Virus record (IMG/VR): IMGVR_UViG_3300033068_001745
Span: 17,988-81,987 of that record
Length of the DNA stretch: 64,000 bases
Source: a virus
Taxonomy: Duplodnaviria > Caudoviricetes
Strand: one strand, 5' to 3'
A model generated the notes under the pieces. The model did not search any database. It had not been told where the DNA came from and was given only the letters and a program-made list of their open reading frames with translations. A program made the position numbers and the translations under genes. This document shows positions 49,988-57,817 of this stretch, piece after piece (within the stretch, counting starts at the first letter, position 1; each line of letters starts with the position of its first letter).

Positions 49988-52900
49988 ATATAAATATGAA
50001 AATAAATGGTATTCAGAGGAAGAGCTAATGAATAAAATTCAAAATGAAAATTCTAATTTCTCAACTTTATACCAAAATCTTCTCAAAGAACTTGAAAGTG
50101 GTAGAGGTAAGGAGGTACTTGATAGAATTAAACAAACTTATACTAATAAATATAATAATAAAGATGTACAAGATGCTCTATCTGTAATTAAAGAATTAGA
50201 AGGTTTAGAAGTATTTGGGTTTTCAAATGAAGACCAAGAAAGACTTGATAAAGCTAATCTTATTGTAGCAAATACAAATGAAAAATACACATTAGAAGAA
50301 CAACAAGAGGAAGCAATTGTAGAACTTCTTGGTCTTATGGCTGCTGAAAAACTTGATGCTGTAAAAGATGGTAAACTTATCTCTTTATTAAAAAGATTAC
50401 TTAAAGAAATGGCTACTTTCATGCGTAATTTACTTAGACAAAAAGAAATTGAGGTAGATAAATTGCCTGATAATATGACTTTAGATGATATTGCTAATGT
50501 TTTAGCTTACAGTAATTCTAAAATTATACTTCCAGGAAGTGAAGTTATTTATACAACTCCTGATAATCAAACTTTTAAAACTTATCAAGAGGCAAGTAAT
50601 CATATTAGTAAGTTAGCTAAGAATACGGGGGAAATTGATTTGAATAACATAAAAGGTAAAAATAAAGCTGTTACAATTAAAGATGTTCCCGATAATTTTC
50701 ATATTAACGTGGGAGACCAAAACTATCCTATTGATATTTATTTTTCAAAAGGTCAGGATGGTTTATGGTATGAATTTAATTATTCAAAAGACCCTAATGA
50801 TGAAGGAGAAGTAATTTCTGAAGATAATGTTATAATAATGTATAATAGAAGTGTTAATCAAATAGATACTTTTATTGAAAAAAACAAAGAATTTGAACAA
50901 TCAAAAGAAATAATTGAAGAATGGAAAAAAGTAAACGGTATAAAATATAATCCTGAAGAAATTTACAGCAGAGGTCAAGGTTTTTATTCAGTTGTAGGAG
51001 CTTACTCTACATTTGATGTAAAACTTATGTTCCAAAATTTACTTCATCATATTGAAGATAATAAGAAAGCAGGTGGACATTTTGCTATTTCAGCATTTAC
51101 AAAACCTATTGATAAAACTATTTCTCATCTTGAAGGAGGTGGCGGTAAAATTAAATTTGTAATTTATCCAAAATCTGAAGATATTTTATGGGCAACTAAT
51201 AGAGATGCTTACAGTGGAAGTGTTTGGGATGCAGCAGAAAAAGTAAATAAAGATAAAAAATCTGAATTACTTGGAGTGAGTTATACCAAATATCCTTCTT
51301 TGAATAATATCAATTATGTAAAGCCGAATTTAGCTGATATTGTTGATAACCTTGCTGACCATCATAATGAACTTGGAATTGTTTTAAATAATAATTTTAG
51401 GCTTGAAGTAGATGAGGATGTACCTTATGAAATTAAAAGATTGGCAGAAGTAATTAATTCTGTTTTGGATGATACTTATGGTAAAATTAAAAAACTTAAT
51501 ATTAATAGTAGTCAAAGTATTCAACCTACTATAACTGAAAAAGATTTGAAGGAAAGTATTGGAAGTGTTAAAGATAATATATTGAAAGATACTTATATTG
51601 AAGTGGAAGGTTGGGGAAATGTTCTAAATGATAAAAGTAATAATAAAAAAGAATATAGTGAACAAGCTCTTATCAACACAAAAATAGCTGCTTTAAAAGA
51701 AGTTGCTAAAAAATATCCACGTTCTTTAATCAGAAGTGAAGTAGTAACCAATAATAATTTCAATACTTATTATCAAAAATCAGTTGAAGGTGGTCAAGAA
51801 ATGCAAGGAAAACTTAGCAAAGATAATGTTCGAGTTGGAGACTTACTTGTTAATGAAAGCATTGCTTTGAGAGTTGTAGCTTTGAATGAAAATGATTTAA
51901 CAACAGAAGATGGACAAACAATTCCTTATGATGCTGATTTTAATGTATTTAGAATTGCCCCAGATGAGATTTCTGAAAGTGAATCTATTGAAGATGTATC
52001 TATTAATGAGTATGAAAGTGAATTAAGTGAAAATAAACCAGAAGATTTGGCGATGAAAGAAATTCCTGAAGAAAAACTTGATAATACAGTTTTAGAAGTT
52101 GAAGAAAAAGATTTAGATTGGTGGAGAAAAATATATTTAGCTTATGATGCAATGAAAAAAGAACTTGCAAATACAAGCCAAAATATAAGTGGTAAAATCT
52201 TATATAATGATGCCTCCTCTCATGCAAAAAGTGTTGAGAAGTTACATGAAGATAATCTTACTGATACACCTATGTTAAAAGCTATTAAACAAGCTGCTTC
52301 TATTGCATTGTATGTAAGTAACTTAAAGTATAATTTACTTACAAAAGGTGAAGTTAGTGTAGATGAATCTGCTCAAACCAATGTTTTAAATTCCCCACTT
52401 TTAGGACTTGCAAAGAAAATTAAAGAAGCTTATAAAGGAGATACTTCAAATTGGACAAATGAAGAGCATATAAAATATAATAAAATGGCTGAATACATTA
52501 ATACTTATGTGGAAAAACATTCTGCTGATTTAAAGAATTTGAAACTTATCATTAGACAAAGTAAAAATCAAACAAACGATATAAATGATTATTTGAGAAG
52601 TATAGGGCAAGCAGGTAAATTTGAAACAACTTTGGAAGAAATGCAAACTGTTATTGATGCAATGGAAGAAATTCAATTTGTGATGAAAAGTAGTTCTCAC
52701 TTTCCAAGTGTTCTTATGATTAACAATAGAGAAGAAATTGCTAAAAAAATAGTTTCTGATAATGAACAAATTACAAGAGCTAATAATAAAATTGAAACTC
52801 AAATTGCTCAAAAAGAAGCACGAAAAATTAAAAAACCAGAAGAAACAGAAAAACTTGATGAAGATATTGCTAAATTAAGAGAATCTATAAAACCTTTAAA

Positions 52901-55709
52901 GAGTTTAGACAACATTAATGAAATTCAAAACTCATTAATGAACGGAAATGATACTGGATTTTTAAAAGCTGTTACAGGCAGCATACATGATTTAGGAGAT
53001 ACTGCAATGAGTTTATTAGCTAATAGAGTTCAAGAATCTTGGCAAAAAATGCAAAATGACCTTGCTCCTATTGGTAAAGAAATGACAGATGCTTGGAATG
53101 ACTTTGCAGTAGATGAGGGAATGATATTTAGTGATGATGTAATGAAAAATTTTACAGAAATTATTGAATACACTGACATGCAAGGAATTGACAAAGTTGA
53201 AAAACGTTTTATTTCAGATAGAGACTTAGTAGCTTATTATGCAGATTACCATGAAACAGCTAATAAAATTAAAGCTCTGTTTGATGAAATTGCTGAAAAT
53301 AAAAAAGATGTTTCTACTAAACCTGTGGCTAATCAAGAAGAGCATGACCAACAAATAGCTATGAATGAAGCAATTTATGCTAAGAATAGAAAACTTTATA
53401 AAAAAATAAAAGAAATTCAAGAAAAATTTACTGAAAAACAAGTGTTTGATAGTAACATCATTAATGTTGATGAAGAAGGTAATACAATTCCAGAAGGAGA
53501 AAATGGTATAAAGAATTTCTTACAAAGGACTTATCAAGCATATATGAAAGCTGACCCTAATCAAGGGTTTAGATTATTTTCTCATTACTTAACAAGTAAT
53601 TTTGACATTGCTAATATGCAATATGAAAATAAATCTTGGAGAAATAACAGTGAAGAATCTTATATTAAACACTTGATTGATAAGAAGTTTCCCGATACAT
53701 TGGTTAAAAAGTACAACAGTAAACTTCTCAAACCAAAAAGTACAAGTTATCCTTCTGATAAAATATCAAAACTTACAGAAAAAGAAAGAAAATTATTTGA
53801 TGTTGTAACATCAATTTATTATGAATCTCAAAGAAATTTACCAAGCTATAGCAGACCTGGAACAAGAGTTCCTTCTGTAGCAAAGGAATGGATGCAGAAA
53901 AATATGAAAGATAAATTTGCAATTGGTAAAATATTAACAGAGGAATTTGGAGACCACTTTTCAGATGAGACAACTGATAATAATAGTAAAAGAATTCCAA
54001 TTTATTATTCAGGTAATAGTATGAAAGCTAATGAAATTTCAGATAATTATGTTTCAACGGTGTTAATGTTTGCAAAACAAGCTGCTGCTTATAGAACAAA
54101 AGCTGATAATCTTTATTTAGCTAAAGAAATGCACCACACCTTACAAAAATCTAAAAAGCAAGATAATAAAGGAAATGTCATGGTAAATAAAGTACTTGCA
54201 AAACTTGGTATTACAGAAGGTATTCCTGAAGATATGGATTGGAGAAATTGGTTTCTTGAAAAATGGATAGACCAAGTATTCTATGGTAAATCTAACCGAC
54301 CCATTAGTGTTAAAGGTGTTAGAGTTGATAAAATATTGGATAAACTTATGGGATTCTCAGCTTTTGGTACTTTAGGAGGTGTAAAGGTAGTAAACTTCTT
54401 TACGAACATTAGTATGGCTAATGTTAGTAATTTGATGAACACTTTAGGATATTTTGAAGGAAGTACTCTTGAAAAACTTTATAGTGCTTCACAATATGCC
54501 AAAGCTGTAGTAACAAGTGGAAGAGTAATGTTTGACATGCTTTTAGACCATTCAAAACAAACTGAATATAGTTCTTCTGTTTTTGCTGAACTTATGGATG
54601 AACTTGAACCTTTACAAGGTGAGTATTTTGACAAGTTTGGCAATCAGTTAAATAGGAATTTCTTAGGTAAAGCATTTAGTACAACTACTTGGTTTGCTCC
54701 TATGCACTTAGGTGAAGTTCAACCACAAATATCAGCAATGATAGCTATGCTTGAGAATATCCCTGTTACATTATTAGATGGAAAGAAAACAACTTTATGG
54801 GAAGCTCTCACCATGACAAATGATTTAAGTAAAAATTGGCAAAATATTGAAAATTGGAGAACAATAAAAGAAGATGTTTTAAGTAAGAAAAAACTTAAAC
54901 TTGAAGAAATTAACAGAAAACTTCATGGTAATTATAAGTCTATGGGAGGAATAAATAAACCAATTATGAGACAATTTGTTTTTGGTAGAATGTTAGAGAG
55001 TTACAGAAAATGGATTGTTCCAGGAGTATTATTTAGGTATAAAGAAGATGATTTTTCAATAAATAGGAGCGAAAGGAGTGAAGGTAAATATAGAACTTTA
55101 TTCAATTATATACTAACAGATGCTAAATGGATGTGGGAAGGTATTGAAGGTAAAAACATTACACCTTTAGAAGTGCTTTTTCCTAATGAAAATAATATTG
55201 ATAAACTTAGAGAATACTTTTCAGATGAGCAATTAGTGAATATTAGGCAAGCTGTAATGGAACAAGCTTTTATAACATTAACAAGTATTATTGCAGTTGC
55301 ACTCTATGCTTTAGGGAAAGGTGGGGATGATGACAATTATGCACTTATGACAGCAGCAGCTATTTCAATGAGATTGAGTCGTGATTTTAATTTCTTTCAA
55401 ATATTAAACGTAGATTCTCCATTTTCCGCAGAATTACTTTTAAATGAAAAACCAGATGATTTAGGTTTAAGAGTTCCTATTACAAGTGGTTTATCAGATG
55501 CTCTTAGGATTGCTAAAAATCCATTTCCTATGATGAGAACTCTTGACCAATTCAATGCTTTATTTGAAATTCTTACAGGAAATCCTTCAGCAACCTATGT
55601 TAAAGGAAAGAATAAAGATAGACTTAAACTAACTGTTGCTACTGAAAAATTATTAGGGTTTCATATCGGAACAGACGGTAAGATAATTCTCGACCCGATT
55701 ACAAAATAA
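49977..55709 (+). CDS. Large cargo/ejection protein, 1910 aa (C-half of the split zincin at its N-terminus)
   Basis: LYQNLLKELESGRGKEVLDRIK..EEAIVELLG; C-terminal HGNY..RQ..GR....YRKW..P..R...EG.YRT block typical of the last crAss cargo protein. Confidence 0.65.
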   Translation: MACKYKYENKWYSEEELMNKIQNENSNFSTLYQNLLKELESGRGKEVLDRIKQTYTNKYNNKDVQDALSVIKELEGLEVFGFSNEDQERLDKANLIVANTNEKYTLEEQQEEAIVELLGLMAAEKLDAVKDGKLISLLKRLLKEMATFMRNLLRQKEIEVDKLPDNMTLDDIANVLAYSNSKIILPGSEVIYTTPDNQTFKTYQEASNHISKLAKNTGEIDLNNIKGKNKAVTIKDVPDNFHINVGDQNYPIDIYFSKGQDGLWYEFNYSKDPNDEGEVISEDNVIIMYNRSVNQIDTFIEKNKEFEQSKEIIEEWKKVNGIKYNPEEIYSRGQGFYSVVGAYSTFDVKLMFQNLLHHIEDNKKAGGHFAISAFTKPIDKTISHLEGGGGKIKFVIYPKSEDILWATNRDAYSGSVWDAAEKVNKDKKSELLGVSYTKYPSLNNINYVKPNLADIVDNLADHHNELGIVLNNNFRLEVDEDVPYEIKRLAEVINSVLDDTYGKIKKLNINSSQSIQPTITEKDLKESIGSVKDNILKDTYIEVEGWGNVLNDKSNNKKEYSEQALINTKIAALKEVAKKYPRSLIRSEVVTNNNFNTYYQKSVEGGQEMQGKLSKDNVRVGDLLVNESIALRVVALNENDLTTEDGQTIPYDADFNVFRIAPDEISESESIEDVSINEYESELSENKPEDLAMKEIPEEKLDNTVLEVEEKDLDWWRKIYLAYDAMKKELANTSQNISGKILYNDASSHAKSVEKLHEDNLTDTPMLKAIKQAASIALYVSNLKYNLLTKGEVSVDESAQTNVLNSPLLGLAKKIKEAYKGDTSNWTNEEHIKYNKMAEYINTYVEKHSADLKNLKLIIRQSKNQTNDINDYLRSIGQAGKFETTLEEMQTVIDAMEEIQFVMKSSSHFPSVLMINNREEIAKKIVSDNEQITRANNKIETQIAQKEARKIKKPEETEKLDEDIAKLRESIKPLKSLDNINEIQNSLMNGNDTGFLKAVTGSIHDLGDTAMSLLANRVQESWQKMQNDLAPIGKEMTDAWNDFAVDEGMIFSDDVMKNFTEIIEYTDMQGIDKVEKRFISDRDLVAYYADYHETANKIKALFDEIAENKKDVSTKPVANQEEHDQQIAMNEAIYAKNRKLYKKIKEIQEKFTEKQVFDSNIINVDEEGNTIPEGENGIKNFLQRTYQAYMKADPNQGFRLFSHYLTSNFDIANMQYENKSWRNNSEESYIKHLIDKKFPDTLVKKYNSKLLKPKSTSYPSDKISKLTEKERKLFDVVTSIYYESQRNLPSYSRPGTRVPSVAKEWMQKNMKDKFAIGKILTEEFGDHFSDETTDNNSKRIPIYYSGNSMKANEISDNYVSTVLMFAKQAAAYRTKADNLYLAKEMHHTLQKSKKQDNKGNVMVNKVLAKLGITEGIPEDMDWRNWFLEKWIDQVFYGKSNRPISVKGVRVDKILDKLMGFSAFGTLGGVKVVNFFTNISMANVSNLMNTLGYFEGSTLEKLYSASQYAKAVVTSGRVMFDMLLDHSKQTEYSSSVFAELMDELEPLQGEYFDKFGNQLNRNFLGKAFSTTTWFAPMHLGEVQPQISAMIAMLENIPVTLLDGKKTTLWEALTMTNDLSKNWQNIENWRTIKEDVLSKKKLKLEEINRKLHGNYKSMGGINKPIMRQFVFGRMLESYRKWIVPGVLFRYKEDDFSINRSERSEGKYRTLFNYILTDAKWMWEGIEGKNITPLEVLFPNENNIDKLREYFSDEQLVNIRQAVMEQAFITLTSIIAVALYALGKGGDDDNYALMTAAAISMRLSRDFNFFQILNVDSPFSAELLLNEKPDDLGLRVPITSGLSDALRIAKNPFPMMRTLDQFNALFEILTGNPSATYVKGKNKDRLKLTVATEKLLGFHIGTDGKIILDPITK

Positions 55710-55751
55710 AAAGATAAGTAGGGAAAAAGAATGATTAGTAGGGAAAAAATT

Positions 55752-55782
55752 AAAGCCAAGGAGAACTCCTTGGCTTTTTTTT
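55752..55782. terminator. Bidirectional intrinsic terminator between convergent modules
   Basis: AAAGCCAAGGA-GAAC-TCCTTGGCTTT stem with T8 on + and an A-run upstream giving a T-run on -. Confidence 0.85.
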
Positions 55783-55907
55783 AATAATTACGTACAACCT
55801 CTTCATGAAGTATCATACTACTCCAATACTGTTTCACTAATTATAAATCCGTAATTTAGTGTTTGTTAATTTGATAATTTTCTTCTTTAAACTTTGGCAA
55901 CAAAGCC

Positions 55908-56855
55908 TTAAATTGTTCTTGTGTCATATTTTGTTAGTTTTTTTTGTGAAACAATATGTTTAATAATCTCATGTGTCCAACCATTTCCAATACATTTATA
56001 TCTTTGAGTATCAGAGATTTCTTTTACAACTCCATCAAAATTACCAAATTTAGTATAATTATCAGGAAGTGTTTGTAACCTTTCACATTCAATTGGAGTT
56101 AAATTTCTTGCACCTAACTTGTCATAATCAATTGAACTACTTGGAGTTAAAGATTTCCAATAGTCATAATCCATTACAATATTGGCTTTATTTCCTCCAA
56201 TTTTTAAACAGCCGCATTTACCAAGAATATCCTTGGGTTGTCTATCTCTAAAAGTAGATTTTAAATTGCCTAAAACACCTTCTTTTGATAAAAAATATTT
56301 TTTATCTACATTTTTTTCTAAAATTTTTTTAATATCAATATATTTATCTTTTGGTTGTTCTACAAAGAAATTAGTCCAATATAATCTTGGTCTATTTTGA
56401 GCTGAAACAAGTGCTGAATTTAGAGGGGTACAATAAATTTCTCTATTTGTAGCAAGTTTTAATTCTCTTGTAATAGTATTCTGCCATTCTTTTTTCATCA
56501 CTACATTTTCCATAAGAATATTTACTTCTGAGTTGTTATAGTAATTTATGTATTCTACAATTTTAACAGCTTCATAAAACAAACCACTTTTACCACTAAA
56601 ACCTTCTTGTTTTCCTGCCAAACTAAATGATTGACAAGGACTTCCAAATATTATCCAATCAATTTTAGGCATTTTAGATAATGTTTCTTCGTTTATTAAA
56701 GTAATATCTCCTAAATCAATTATGTTTGGAAAGTTATACTTTGCTATTGCTTTTGCATGTTTGTCAATTTCAGAGGAATAGTAATTAGTGATACCTAAAT
56801 CTTTAAAAGTTAAATATCCTGTTTCTATTCCTCCGAATAAACTTATTATGTTCAA
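55908..56855 (-). CDS. dcm: DNA (cytosine-5) methyltransferase
   Basis: SLFGGIETG, GSPCQSFS, ENV, QNRPRLYW, LTPIECERLQ, RYKCIGNGW. Confidence 0.92.
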   Translation of the reverse strand: MNIISLFGGIETGYLTFKDLGITNYYSSEIDKHAKAIAKYNFPNIIDLGDITLINEETLSKMPKIDWIIFGSPCQSFSLAGKQEGFSGKSGLFYEAVKIVEYINYYNNSEVNILMENVVMKKEWQNTITRELKLATNREIYCTPLNSALVSAQNRPRLYWTNFFVEQPKDKYIDIKKILEKNVDKKYFLSKEGVLGNLKSTFRDRQPKDILGKCGCLKIGGNKANIVMDYDYWKSLTPSSSIDYDKLGARNLTPIECERLQTLPDNYTKFGNFDGVVKEISDTQRYKCIGNGWTHEIIKHIVSQKKLTKYDTRTI

Positions 56856-56867
56856 AAATTTGTTAGT

Positions 56868-57125
56868 TTAGAACTTTGATGTTCTTCTAAATTCAAATTC
56901 ATACAAATCTTCATCTAATGCAGGGGAAAAACCTACATAACCTTCTACAAGACTTGGATAAACATTTCCTCCACTTCTATAACAAATACCTATTGGAGAT
57001 TGAGTAGATATTATTATCTTATCCGTGTTGACAATATGAATAATAGGTCTATTTTGTTCATCAACTATCTCCATATCATCGGGATAATTTGAAAGAAGTT
57101 CTATTAATTTTTGTTTTGTGAGCAT
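56868..57125 (-). CDS. Hypothetical protein, 85 aa
   Basis: ORF in tightly packed - strand block. Confidence 0.55.
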   Translation of the reverse strand: MLTKQKLIELLSNYPDDMEIVDEQNRPIIHIVNTDKIIISTQSPIGICYRSGGNVYPSLVEGYVGFSPALDEDLYEFEFRRTSKF

Positions 57126-57427
57126 TTTGTATATTTTCTTTTCTCAATCAAGTTAATCTCAATAACTCCAGATTTTCTTCTTATAGTGTAAGTATAAGTT
57201 TTTGTATTTGGATTAAATTCAGCAGAATAGATTTTCTGATAGATAGAATTATAAAATTCATCATGTTCTTCTTTCTTTAATTTAGGTAAAACAATAATAG
57301 TCTTTCCTTTTGATTCAGACTTTTTACCTTTTGCAGTAATAGCATTGAACGTTTGAATTTTTTGCATTAATGTCATAAATGATTGTCTATAAAGTTTTGT
57401 AGAATAAAACAAAAACTTTGTCTCCAA
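57104..57427 (-). CDS. Hypothetical basic protein, 107 aa
   Basis: ORF in packed block. Confidence 0.5.
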   Translation of the reverse strand: METKFLFYSTKLYRQSFMTLMQKIQTFNAITAKGKKSESKGKTIIVLPKLKKEEHDEFYNSIYQKIYSAEFNPNTKTYTYTIRRKSGVIEINLIEKRKYTKCSQNKN

Positions 57428-57448
57428 TATTAAATTTTGTTTCTATTG

Positions 57449-57670
57449 TCATATTTCTAATGTTGTGAAATTTAAACTTTGAGATACGTATTCACATGTT
57501 TCGTTTTCAGGAATAAACACATCTATTTCATCTTGAAGTCTTTTCAATTCATCAAAAACTTCATCATCTTCAACATTAAATCCTTCAAATTCATAATGAC
57601 CAGGTTCTAAAGTAGTTTTAATTTCTACTTCCATTTCATATTCTACGATAAATCTAACTGTTGCTTTCAT
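57449..57670 (-). CDS. Hypothetical acidic protein, 73 aa
   Basis: ORF coupled to upstream micro-gene by ATGA overlap. Confidence 0.55.
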   Translation of the reverse strand: MKATVRFIVEYEMEVEIKTTLEPGHYEFEGFNVEDDEVFDELKRLQDEIDVFIPENETCEYVSQSLNFTTLEI

Positions 57671-57816
57671 TTTGTTATATGAGGAAAAGGTTTGTTAATA
57701 TATTTATCTTTTGGTATGTCCACCGATTCATCCTTGATTGTGGTAGCATTTCTACTACCACATCTCGGACATTTTTTATTGTTGTGGGTTTTACCACAGT
57801 CATTACATGTTTTCAT
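57667..57816 (-). CDS. Small zinc-ribbon protein, 49 aa (MKTCNDCG...KCPRCGS)
   Basis: ATG at 57816, 2 nt after the RNR stop; CxxC..CxxC; the longer ORF-track start overlaps RNR. Confidence 0.55.
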   Translation of the reverse strand: MKTCNDCGKTHNNKKCPRCGSRNATTIKDESVDIPKDKYINKPFPHITK

Positions 57817-57817
57817 A

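Noticed and set aside
50860-51500. Possible ADP-ribosyltransferase domain in the 1910-aa protein (YSRGQGFY..AISAF..DAYS)
   Set aside because: No convincing R-S-E or H-Y-E triad; left as an unknown globular insert pending a Foldseek search.
55717-55748. 12-bp direct repeat AGTAGGGAAAAA x2 before the terminator
   Set aside because: Only two copies, low complexity; not a CRISPR array or a supportable operator.
55750-55806. Micro-ORF MKRLYVIIKKKPRSSPWL on - strand, reminiscent of PTH2-like N-termini
   Set aside because: Only 18 codons running into the terminator; similarity is limited to about 8 residues.
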